From: a bacterium
GTDB lineage: Bacteria; Hinthialibacterota; Hinthialibacteria; Hinthialibacterales; Hinthialibacteraceae
Reading direction: 5' to 3'
Assembly (NCBI GenBank): GCA_963663405.2
Contig: CAXXSM010000120.1
Location: 1-41,297, forward strand
Length of the DNA stretch: 41,297 nt
Below are positions 28,067 to 37,005 of the stretch, piece after piece. The position numbers and the translations under genes were made by a program. How positions within the stretch are numbered: position 1 is the first letter of the stretch; the number at the start of each line of letters is the position of its first letter. Below the pieces are notes generated by a model. It searched no databases, had not been told where the DNA came from, and saw only the letters and a program-made list of their open reading frames with translations.

Positions 28067-30544
28067 TCAGGGAATTCTCCACTCTCCCTCCTTATCCTCT
28101 TTCAAAGGCTTCGAATCAATCTCAACCGCCTTGACCGGCTTCGTCAACAGTTCATCGTCACCAGAGTGTTTGATTTCATATCCGCCGGTTTTTTGTCCCC
28201 TTGGAGGGACAGGCATATCCACTGTGGGGGATTCTTCACCAATGGTTTGGGATAGGAAATATTCAGGAATCGCGGCGGGCGCTCCCGGCGCCGCCAGCTG
28301 GCCGGAGAAGTAATAGACCGGTTTTTGCGTCAAACCTTTAGGGATAGGGAACGGTTCGGGATTGCCCTCTGGATATGCTTCTTTCATATAATTTACCCAG
28401 ATTGGCAGCGCGCCCATGCTCCCTGTCAGACCCGTGGGTTCAGGTTGATCGAATCCCACCCATGCCACCGTGATCGCGTCCGGCGTCATCCCCACAAACC
28501 ACGAATCCAGCCGCCGGTCGGTCGTGCCGGTCTTTCCGGCGGCGATTCCTTTCCATCCCAAGGAACGAGCGGACTTTGCGGTCCCCCGTTCGAACACGCC
28601 CTCCAGCATGGATAAAACTTGATACACCGCCTGCGGAGACGCCGCCCGCTCCGGTGGCTGTGGTGAAGGAAGCGGGAGACGGCGGTTTTCCTCTTTCACA
28701 ATCGACCGGATGAAATACGGGGACAGGCGTTCTCCTTGATTTAAGAAGAGCGTATACAATCCCGCGACTTGATAAGGCGTCATCTCCACCGTGCCTAACA
28801 CAAGTGATGGAACGCACGGTGGATTGGGGATCCCCAAACGCGTAAAATAATCGGCCAGTACATTCAATCCAATACGTTGGGATAACCGTACGGCGGGAAC
28901 ATTGAGACTCTCTTCCAACGCCCGGCGCAGCGTAACCAGCCCATAATAGTCTTGATGATAATTCTCCGGTTTCCACGGTCCGGACGGTGTGTCAATCGTT
29001 ATAGGCGTATCCTCCAGGAGGGAATTCGGAAGCCACTCATAATCACCGCGTTGGCTCCCTTCAAGCGCGCATAAATAGAGAAAAGGTTTAATGACCGAAC
29101 CAATCGGACGAAAGGCCAGCAGCGCGCGGTTGTATGGGCTCTTCTTAAAATCACGCCCCCCTTCCATCGCCAACACCATGCCTGTATAGGGATCCAAAGA
29201 AACGAGCGCAGCCTGGAGCGGCTGTTCCGCCCGTTTCAAGCGTGGATAGCGGCTTTCTAATTCATCAAGCGTCTTCTGAATCGCCCGTTTTGCAGCGAGT
29301 TGTTTTCCCATATCGATCGTCGTAAAGATGGAATATCCTTCTGATTGCAGTTCCTCTAAATTGAGTTGAGTGGAGAGCTGACGCCGCACAGCATCTACAA
29401 CATAAGGAGCTAGGCCGGATAGAGAATGAGGCGCTTCGGGAAGCGGTTCTTGGATGGCGAGATCGCGTTCTTCTTTGGAGAGCGTTCCCTCCTGGGTCAT
29501 TCTCGCGAGGAGAAAATCACGGCGCTTTTTTACGCGATCAGGATACTTGAATGGATTGTAATAGTTCGGTCCCCGTAGAATCGCAACCAGCATGGCGCAT
29601 TGCGCAGGCCGCAAAAATCGTGGTTCTTGGTTGAAATAATACCGCGCCCCCTGCCGCAGCCCTGCGACGCTGACCGCTCCGGCCTGCCCGAAATAACACT
29701 CATTAATGTACAATTCCAAAATCCGGTCTTTGGACCGTGTTAATTCCATCAACACGGCCATGATGGCTTCATCGATTTTGCGCCTGTAAGTTTTTTTCCG
29801 AGTTAAAAACAGGTTGCGCATCAGCTGCTGGGTGATCGTGCTGGCTCCCTGCTTAACGCTCCCACTTTTCAGATTCACTAAAAACGCGCGTACAATGCCG
29901 CTGAGATCAACACCATGATGTTCGAAAAAGGATTGATCTTCCGACACCAGAAGACAATCCTTGAACAATTGAGGCACATCCCCAAGAGGAATCGGCCGCC
30001 GATCCTCGGCGGATGGATCGTAGATCGATCCCAGTAGTTCCGGCTCAAGTTCAAGAGACGACCGGCGTACTCCCGTCTCCATATTCCAGATCAAACTGAC
30101 AACATCATCGGATAAATCCACCCGCAGGCGCTGGGCTTTGCGCGAACCGTCCGGTGAGACCGCGTCAAAAAGAAAGAGATCGAATCCTTTCTCATCCCAA
30201 CTGTATTCGCCGGATGAGCGCACCGGCTCCGCGGGCCGGTACCCCAACCGCGCCAAGCGCGCGATGAATTCCGCCCGGTTCAATGGTCCACCGACTTGGA
30301 TTTCAAAAGGCTGCGAGTAAATCCTTGAAGGAAGGTTCCAGGGCGTCTCCCGCAGAACCTCTTCCATCCGGGTCAATGTTTTCAACAAGTAAATCCCGGC
30401 CCACATCAAAACTAACGCCGTAACAAACGCGCCACCGAGAAACGCCGGGATTATATACCGCCAAAACACGCCTTTCCTGCGAATCCCCTTTTCGGGGCTC
30501 GCTTTCTTACGCGTCTGTGTCGTCCCATCAACCGATTGACTCAT
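28067..30544 (-). CDS. mrcB: Penicillin-binding protein 1B (bifunctional transglycosylase/transpeptidase)
   Basis: TM anchor, UB2H-like region (PSRIYS..L..LGYR), EDQSFFEHHGVD, GASTITQQL, RKIDE, SVIK, SLN, KTGT. Confidence 0.9.
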   Translation of the reverse strand: MSQSVDGTTQTRKKASPEKGIRRKGVFWRYIIPAFLGGAFVTALVLMWAGIYLLKTLTRMEEVLRETPWNLPSRIYSQPFEIQVGGPLNRAEFIARLARLGYRPAEPVRSSGEYSWDEKGFDLFLFDAVSPDGSRKAQRLRVDLSDDVVSLIWNMETGVRRSSLELEPELLGSIYDPSAEDRRPIPLGDVPQLFKDCLLVSEDQSFFEHHGVDLSGIVRAFLVNLKSGSVKQGASTITQQLMRNLFLTRKKTYRRKIDEAIMAVLMELTRSKDRILELYINECYFGQAGAVSVAGLRQGARYYFNQEPRFLRPAQCAMLVAILRGPNYYNPFKYPDRVKKRRDFLLARMTQEGTLSKEERDLAIQEPLPEAPHSLSGLAPYVVDAVRRQLSTQLNLEELQSEGYSIFTTIDMGKQLAAKRAIQKTLDELESRYPRLKRAEQPLQAALVSLDPYTGMVLAMEGGRDFKKSPYNRALLAFRPIGSVIKPFLYLCALEGSQRGDYEWLPNSLLEDTPITIDTPSGPWKPENYHQDYYGLVTLRRALEESLNVPAVRLSQRIGLNVLADYFTRLGIPNPPCVPSLVLGTVEMTPYQVAGLYTLFLNQGERLSPYFIRSIVKEENRRLPLPSPQPPERAASPQAVYQVLSMLEGVFERGTAKSARSLGWKGIAAGKTGTTDRRLDSWFVGMTPDAITVAWVGFDQPEPTGLTGSMGALPIWVNYMKEAYPEGNPEPFPIPKGLTQKPVYYFSGQLAAPGAPAAIPEYFLSQTIGEESPTVDMPVPPRGQKTGGYEIKHSGDDELLTKPVKAVEIDSKPLKEDKEGEWRIP

Positions 30545-30679
30545 CTTGTACCTGACAAATCTCCATCTTTCATTACACACTCAATTATACAAAGCAAGCG
30601 GCGTATAGGAATGATTTATCTTGTTGGACGATCGAAGGAGGGGGCTTATTCTTATTCCAGGAATTTAATACCTTTCATC

Positions 30680-30707
30680 AAAAAGGGCAGGCAAAAAAAC
30701 TGCCTCT
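30680..30707 (-). terminator. Putative intrinsic terminator after the symporter
   Basis: GGCAG/CTGCC stem followed by a U-run on the minus strand. Confidence 0.5.
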
Positions 30708-30736
30708 ACAATAGTTTTGCAGTTGAATCTACGGAA

Positions 30737-32587
30737 TTAGAAATTCTTCTCGATAATCATAACACTTCCATCCTCCACATTCGCGGTTTCAAGCAGAGAT
30801 TCGGAGACTTCCAAATCCGTTTGCGATTCTCCCTGAATCTGTCCATGAGCGGCTTTCAGCCCTCCATGAAACCATCCGCGCGCTGTGATAAATACGAGAT
30901 CGCCCTCTTTCGCGTTCATCGCATCAAACGCCTGTGAGGGGATACGGACAGCGTCCTCCTCCAGATCGGAGCAGGCGCGAACCGTCAAGCGAACCGGTTT
31001 GGACGGCTGAGTATTTGGATCGGAACCTTTGAATTCACGCATCAATACACGTTCGCCGCCCCACACATAACGCAGGAGTTTTCCTTTAACAGGCGGTTCG
31101 CTTAGATATGTGAATAAAATACCCAACGCGCCTGAGGTAAATATCCCATAACAAGCGCGGATATACTTATACGCTTTGATCCCCTCTCCGCCCGGTTCCA
31201 TGCCATGACTGAAGGGATAAATCAACGCAGGAAATATCATCGACAGCCCCATCATGATGATCCCTCCGAGAAGCGTCGCCATCGCACCGGCGGCGGAATA
31301 GCGCTTCCAGCAGAATCCCATCAAAATCGCCATTACCATCGGTGGCGTAACCGCGGCGGTGAAGGCGGCGTGTGCGTCATACAAGTTTCCAAAGGAATTG
31401 AATAAAGGCACAAGGCAAATACCAACGAGCGCGGCGCCGATGGAGACCCACCGCGCGCAGCTGAGATAAAACCGGTCGGAGCGCTCTTTCCAGAGATAGG
31501 GTCGGATCAAATCGTTCGTTGCGACGACAGATACGCCGTTGATCAATGTATCGGCGGTGGACATCAAAGCGGCTGTCAACGCCGCGACGATCAAACCAAA
31601 TACGCCGGGAATTTGTAAAAAGCGGCTGACCGCGTCCGCAACAATGATAAAGACTGTCTGTGAACCTTCCGGGATATCGAGGACACCCTGCTCGGTCAAC
31701 ACCCGGCCGACCCAACCGCTGCAACAGACGGCTATCGCTGCGAGAGGCATCAAAAACAACATAATGGCGAGCATCGCTTTCCGCCCTTCTCTCACATTCC
31801 GCACCGAGAGAAAACGCAGAATGATTCCCTGATTCATAAACCAGAACGCGGCGGAATTGGCCATCCCATCCTGCCAGAAAATACCGGCGGTATTGAATCC
31901 ACTGGGTTCGACAAGAGGCATGAACGCTTTCCGCTGCGCCGCCGGCCAACTGCCCCAAAACGCCTCGAATCCACCCGCCATATGGACACCTACCAATAAG
32001 ATCACCAATCCAGCGGTGAGCAGCAGGAAGCCTTGAACCAGATCGGTCATAATCACGGCGGTCTGGCCACCGGCGGTTACATATATCGCGGCGATGATCG
32101 CGACTAGGACGACAATGAGATAAAGATTCCACTGCAGGACCGGTTCTAGAGCCACTCCAATAGTTAGAAAATTGTAACCGATATAGCCGATCATATAGAT
32201 TAGAAGAATCAACGTGGCGGCCATGCGGCAGCCGGGGCCGAACCGGCGTTCAAAATAATCGGGCACCGACGCCACCCGCGAGTAATACAACACTGGAAAC
32301 CAGCCAAACAGCCAGAAGAAGAGCCACGGCCAATCGTTGAGGTACGCATGAGTCGCCGTGAATCCATTTTCGAACGCGCGGTTCGAGTATTTTACAAAAC
32401 TGTACGATCCCACCAGCGTCGCAACGCAGCTCATCGCGATCAGCCACCAGGAAAAACGCTGCCCGGCAAAGAAGAAATCTTTGGTCGTTTTCGTATATTT
32501 CCCAAAGTAACTGCCAAACGCCAAAATCGCGAATAAATAAATCAGAAGGACAACAAGATCAAAGGAAGAGCCAAGAGAAGGTGACAT
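30737..32587 (-). CDS. Sodium:solute symporter (SSS) with soluble C-terminal extension
   Basis: DFFFAGQR..WW, ERRFG, Y...GG..AV..TD..Q, AALMST.DT..N; about 13 TM segments. Confidence 0.92.
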   Translation of the reverse strand: MSPSLGSSFDLVVLLIYLFAILAFGSYFGKYTKTTKDFFFAGQRFSWWLIAMSCVATLVGSYSFVKYSNRAFENGFTATHAYLNDWPWLFFWLFGWFPVLYYSRVASVPDYFERRFGPGCRMAATLILLIYMIGYIGYNFLTIGVALEPVLQWNLYLIVVLVAIIAAIYVTAGGQTAVIMTDLVQGFLLLTAGLVILLVGVHMAGGFEAFWGSWPAAQRKAFMPLVEPSGFNTAGIFWQDGMANSAAFWFMNQGIILRFLSVRNVREGRKAMLAIMLFLMPLAAIAVCCSGWVGRVLTEQGVLDIPEGSQTVFIIVADAVSRFLQIPGVFGLIVAALTAALMSTADTLINGVSVVATNDLIRPYLWKERSDRFYLSCARWVSIGAALVGICLVPLFNSFGNLYDAHAAFTAAVTPPMVMAILMGFCWKRYSAAGAMATLLGGIIMMGLSMIFPALIYPFSHGMEPGGEGIKAYKYIRACYGIFTSGALGILFTYLSEPPVKGKLLRYVWGGERVLMREFKGSDPNTQPSKPVRLTVRACSDLEEDAVRIPSQAFDAMNAKEGDLVFITARGWFHGGLKAAHGQIQGESQTDLEVSESLLETANVEDGSVMIIEKNF

Positions 32588-32599
32588 GGTTCACGCCTT

Positions 32600-32803
32600 T
32601 CATTCCGGTACGCTAAACACAAATTGGAAAGCGGCCTGCATGATAAAATAGACCAGAACAACCAGGAATATACTCAGCGTCCACCAGCGATCCTGCTTTG
32701 AAGAAAAATCAATCGCCCCAGCGCGGTTCGCCCCCCATAATCCAGCGAGCAAGAGAACGCCTCCTCCAATAAATTGATACAAAAACGGCGCGATTAAATC
32801 CAC
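32600..32803 (-). CDS. Small two-TM membrane protein preceding the SSS transporter
   Basis: GTG start after an AAGGAG RBS; two hydrophobic helices; 12 nt upstream of the symporter. Confidence 0.7.
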   Translation of the reverse strand: MDLIAPFLYQFIGGGVLLLAGLWGANRAGAIDFSSKQDRWWTLSIFLVVLVYFIMQAAFQFVFSVPE

Positions 32804-32870
32804 CAGCCCATTCTCCTTACTTGCGCGCCCATGCGAAGCGCCCTTCAAGACACGCAATCATAGATTCTAT

Positions 32871-32960
32871 TTTACGTAAAAATAAGTTTCGATGACTTTC
32901 TTGTTCGCAACGTCTCCCGCAACTCATTTTCATTTGCGCGTTGTGATCTCAAATCATGAT
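32871..32960 (+). repeat. Dispersed ~90 nt hairpin repeat, copy D
   Basis: TTTACGTAAAAATAAGTT...AACTCATTTTCATTTGCGCGTTGTGATCTCAAATCATGAT; ungapped alignment with copy A. Confidence 0.8.
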
Positions 32961-33213
32961 AGTTGCTTTGTAGGATAATTGATTTCAGATTCAAAGACTA
33001 TGTCAAGTAAACGGATTTGCACAAGGGCGCCTAAAGGGAATTGAGATAGATTTGTGGCGATAGGATTATTTGAATTGAGTAGTTCGATGGGCGTTAAACA
33101 GGGAAGTAAGGGAAAGGTTTATGTTACTGCTCTCGTTCAATTGACATTAATCCAATGGTAAAAAAACTCCTAGTTCCAAAAATAACCATCCAAAGGCCGA
33201 AGGACTGTAAAAA

Positions 33214-33239
33214 CCTTCAGCCTTCAGTCTTCAACCTAA
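33214..33239 (+). repeat. Heptamer-based 26 bp repeat, copy 2
   Basis: Identical to 1642-1667; can pair imperfectly with GGCCGAAGG just upstream. Confidence 0.8.
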
Positions 33240-33246
33240 GCCCCTC

Positions 33247-33789
33247 TTAAATATCCAGATCCGGGGGAGGAGGAATACGTCCGCTTTCCTGCGCGCTGAC
33301 TTTCGCTGGGATTGGTGAAGCATTCGCTTGGATCCTTCTTGAACCTCCGTTCTCATTCGGCGCCTTGGTTTTCTTCTCTTTTTTGGGTTTGGACAGTTTG
33401 CCCCTGTGGGGATCGCTGGGGTGTTCCATGATGGGAGTAAATTTCAGATGCTCCCGGCTGTACGCGATGATATCCGACCGGGCGGCATTAGCGGCGCCGG
33501 CGATAAATGAGGACTGTGACATCGCCACTGTGATTTTCTCTTCCGGCTTATTCGCGTTCAAGTTTGTATTGCGAATGCGGGTGGCCGCTTGCGCAATCTG
33601 GCTGAATTGGTTATACGCCGCCTGCATACGGGAACGCAGCGCCCGTTGCAGTTCTTTGTTCCGTTTGGCTTTCACGATATTCATAGAAATCAAAATCAGG
33701 CACACAACACCGAGCACACCCGCTAAAATCCCCAAGAGCATTGGATAATTCTCCGGCGTCATGTATTTGGTTATCGCATCCAGATTCAT
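33247..33789 (-). CDS. Hypothetical single-TM protein
   Basis: N-terminal TM, helical middle region, Lys/Pro-rich tail; AGGAG RBS. Confidence 0.7.
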   Translation of the reverse strand: MNLDAITKYMTPENYPMLLGILAGVLGVVCLILISMNIVKAKRNKELQRALRSRMQAAYNQFSQIAQAATRIRNTNLNANKPEEKITVAMSQSSFIAGAANAARSDIIAYSREHLKFTPIMEHPSDPHRGKLSKPKKEKKTKAPNENGGSRRIQANASPIPAKVSAQESGRIPPPPDLDI

Positions 33790-33982
33790 TCATGGACTCC
33801 TGTTTTTAGATAAGAATATAACGAACGAATCGAGATAAAATAACGCCCCGTTCAAATCCATTCAAGATGGGGCGTAGTATCCCAATTCGGTTTACGGATT
33901 CTGGCTAACGATTGTACTCATGGAAGATCATTCGGGAAAGGAGCGAACGCTTGAGATGGAATAGAAATAGGCCTAAAACAAC

Positions 33983-34666
33983 CTATCCGCTTGTAGCCGC
34001 CGTTGTCGCAGCGATACTTGAGGTGGCGATCGACACGCAGATCGCGGCTTGAATTGACACAACGGTATCGTTCACAGCATTACCGATTGGTTCCTGCTCG
34101 ATCATCTGCTTGATTTTTCTTTTGGCTTCCTTACGTTCACTTTGATCGAACACCTCATTGATGAGTTCGCACGCTTTGATCAAGCTCAGCAGTAACAGCG
34201 TCCGGGGTTCGCATTCCGCATTCTTCAGCACGGCCCACCGAATCCGCTCGCGTATGCTGCGTTCCGGCTGCGCGTCATTGGTTGGATACCGGTTCACGGG
34301 AAACAACCACAACACACGGCCTTCTTGCTTTCTTAAAATCCCTTTCTCGATCAATCCATCTAATAACCGCTGCTTCATTTTTTTGATCGCTGAGGGTAGT
34401 TTCTGCACCCAATAATCCGGCTTTCGATCCTTGCTGGATTGCCGGATCAGCGAGAAGGCTTCGTTTAAAATCCCATCATCCAACGGTTTAGCCCCAATTG
34501 GAACGAGTTTCTTTTCCTTCAGTTTTAACCGGTCCCGCAAAACCAATTCCAAAACGAGAGCGCCTGCCAATCCATATTCCAACGCGATAGAAGCGGCGCC
34601 CAAAACGGTTCCTTTTTCGTCATGCAAAGCGATTAAATACAATTCTTCCGCTAAATTCAACGTCAT
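33983..34666 (-). CDS. GPP34 (GOLPH3/Vps74) family protein
   Basis: LAEELYLIALHDEKG, GLAGALVLEL, L..KGIL, WLFP..RYP, Ala/Thr-rich tail; GGAGGA RBS before ATG 34666. Confidence 0.85.
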   Translation of the reverse strand: MTLNLAEELYLIALHDEKGTVLGAASIALEYGLAGALVLELVLRDRLKLKEKKLVPIGAKPLDDGILNEAFSLIRQSSKDRKPDYWVQKLPSAIKKMKQRLLDGLIEKGILRKQEGRVLWLFPVNRYPTNDAQPERSIRERIRWAVLKNAECEPRTLLLLSLIKACELINEVFDQSERKEAKRKIKQMIEQEPIGNAVNDTVVSIQAAICVSIATSSIAATTAATSG

Positions 34667-34848
34667 ATTGTCCTCCATACTGCAAAGAAACTCTCTTTAA
34701 AGTACAATACGAATTATACTACGTGATTATTTCCGGGAATGGACTATTAATCATAGAACGCCATTCGGTTTTACTGTTACTAACGTCCGTTGCGGGAATT
34801 GGTAATGATTCATATACTTTGCAGAATATATAAAAAGGGATTTCAACA

Positions 34849-35868
34849 ATGAAACAAACGCTTTTTCTAACCGCAGCCTTCTTGATACTGGGGACAATTA
34901 TGAATTTGACCGCTTCCGCAAGTGAAAAACCATACGTCGTGTTGGAAGAGTTTATTTATGAAGACGCCCCGTTTCCATCGTGTCATGCGTCCACATTAGT
35001 CGAAGTGGAACCGGGGATTATTCTCGCGGCTTGGTTCGGCGGCACAGATGAGGGCGAAAAAGATGTCGGGATTTGGACAGCGCGCCGGGAGAAAGATAGT
35101 TGGACCAAACCTGTTGAAACAATCCCCGCGCCGGGCGTTCCCTGCTGGAATCCCGTTCTGTTCCAAATGCCGTCCGGCGAAGTAATTCTGTTTTACAAAG
35201 CCGGCCCCAGCCCACGGGAATGGTCGGGTTTGCTTGTACGCTCGAACGATGGAGGTAAAACTTGGTCGGAACCGGAACTCCTCCCCGCAGGCATCCTCGG
35301 CCCCATTAAAAACAAACCCATTCTTCTCAAAGATGGAACGCTGGTCTGTGGCTCGTCTGTCGAAAGCTGGCGCGCTTGGGCCTGTTGGATGGAACTCACC
35401 CGCGACGACGGACGCACATGGGAAAAATACGGCCCGATCGACTATCCCGGCCAACCTTATGGACTGATCCAGCCCACTCTCTTCCTCGACCGGCTGGGCA
35501 ACCTGCGCATGTTGTGCCGCTCACGCAACATCGGTAAGATTTGCCAATCCATCTCGAAAGATGGAGGCAAAACCTGGTCCAAAGTGGAAGCGATCGATCT
35601 CCCCAATCCCAACGCCGGGATCGACGCCGTGGGGCTAAAGGATGGCCGCGTTGTCATGATCTACAACCATACCGATCATTCAAGACGCAAACTAAACGCC
35701 GCCCTGTCGGAAAACGGCGGCAATTCCTGGACTATGATCAGTGAACTGGAAAACGAACCGGGTGAATTCTCCTACCCCGCCGTCATCCAAACGGAAGACG
35801 GACTCGTGCATACAACATACACATGGAAACGCAAACGAATCAAACACGTCGTACTCGATCTCAAATAG
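34849..35868 (+). CDS. Secreted BNR/Asp-box (sialidase-like) protein
   Basis: Signal peptide; CHASTL, AWFGG..EG, four Asp boxes (SNDGGKTW, TRDDGRTW, SKDGGKTW, SENGGNSW), FSYPA. Confidence 0.9.
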   Translation: MKQTLFLTAAFLILGTIMNLTASASEKPYVVLEEFIYEDAPFPSCHASTLVEVEPGIILAAWFGGTDEGEKDVGIWTARREKDSWTKPVETIPAPGVPCWNPVLFQMPSGEVILFYKAGPSPREWSGLLVRSNDGGKTWSEPELLPAGILGPIKNKPILLKDGTLVCGSSVESWRAWACWMELTRDDGRTWEKYGPIDYPGQPYGLIQPTLFLDRLGNLRMLCRSRNIGKICQSISKDGGKTWSKVEAIDLPNPNAGIDAVGLKDGRVVMIYNHTDHSRRKLNAALSENGGNSWTMISELENEPGEFSYPAVIQTEDGLVHTTYTWKRKRIKHVVLDLK

Positions 35869-35879
35869 GCAAAGCAAAC

Positions 35880-36965
35880 ATGGAACCACTCTCCTACAAA
35901 TCCACCGGCGTTGACACGGTTGAAGCCTCCCGCGCCGTCGGAAGTATCACTGAGGCGATCAAGAAGACTTTCAATTTTCATACCGGCGCAGGGCGTGTGC
36001 TTCTCGACATCGGTTATTTCGCGAATGTGATCGATCTGGGAAACAACCTGGGCTTGGCGATCGCCACCGATGGAGTCGGCACTAAAATCCTCATCGCGCA
36101 GGCGATGAAAAAATACGACACCGTCGGGATCGACTGCATCGCGATGAATGTCAATGATCTCCTTTGTGTCGGCGCGAAACCGCTCTCGCTGGTGGATTAT
36201 ATCGCGGTCGAAACAGCTGACGCGGAATTCATCGCGGCCATCGGTCAGGGACTCTACGAAGGAGCCGTGCAATCCAACATCTCGATTCCTTCCGGCGAGA
36301 TCGCGCAAGTCAAAGAGATGCTGCACCCGACTGATGACGGCAAAGGATTCGATCTGGTCGGAACAGCGGTTGGCATCGTTCCCACGGATCGCATCCTTCT
36401 CGGTCAGAACGTTCAGCCCGGTGATCTTGTTGTAGGATTGCGAAGCAGCGGCGTTCATAGCAACGGATTCACTCTCGCCCGCCGGGTTCTTCTCGATAAA
36501 GGTCGACTCTCTCTCCACGAAAAAGCGGGGGATCTCACCAGAACGCTTGGTGAAGAATTATTGGAGCCAACCCGGATCTACGTCAAACCTGTCTTGGAAA
36601 TGATGGAGGCGGAATTAAAGATTCAAGCGATGGCCCACATCACCGGCGATGGTTTGATGAATCTCTCCCGCGTGGAAGCGCCGGTGGGATTTGAAATCGA
36701 TCGTCTGCCGGAACCACAGCCGATTTTCGATCTCATCCAAACTACAGGCTCGATCCCCGATGAAGAAATGTACACTGTTTTCAACATGGGCGTTGGCTTC
36801 TGTATAGTCATCCGCCCCGAAGACGCGGAAAAAGCGATCGAAATCGCAAACCAACACAATATCGAAGCGGACATTATCGGCAAAGCCGTCTCCGATCCTG
36901 AAAAGAAAGTCCTCCTACACCCCAAACAATTGATAGGCCGCGAAGGCGAATTCAAGAAAATGTGA
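35880..36965 (+). CDS. purM: Phosphoribosylformylglycinamidine cyclo-ligase (AIR synthase)
   Basis: SY...GVD, TDGVGTK, AMNVND, SSGVHSNGFTL, LLEPTRIY, HITGDG, FNMGVG. Confidence 0.95.
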   Translation: MEPLSYKSTGVDTVEASRAVGSITEAIKKTFNFHTGAGRVLLDIGYFANVIDLGNNLGLAIATDGVGTKILIAQAMKKYDTVGIDCIAMNVNDLLCVGAKPLSLVDYIAVETADAEFIAAIGQGLYEGAVQSNISIPSGEIAQVKEMLHPTDDGKGFDLVGTAVGIVPTDRILLGQNVQPGDLVVGLRSSGVHSNGFTLARRVLLDKGRLSLHEKAGDLTRTLGEELLEPTRIYVKPVLEMMEAELKIQAMAHITGDGLMNLSRVEAPVGFEIDRLPEPQPIFDLIQTTGSIPDEEMYTVFNMGVGFCIVIRPEDAEKAIEIANQHNIEADIIGKAVSDPEKKVLLHPKQLIGREGEFKKM

Positions 36966-37005
36966 AACATATAAGTTAAGGTCAAAACATGAAAGGAAAA
37001 AAGCT

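Noticed and set aside
35772-36518. Long antisense ORFs (this one, 31377-32132, 38296-38997, 2565-3113 and similar)
   Set aside because: Shadow frames opposite well-supported genes, with no motifs or RBS
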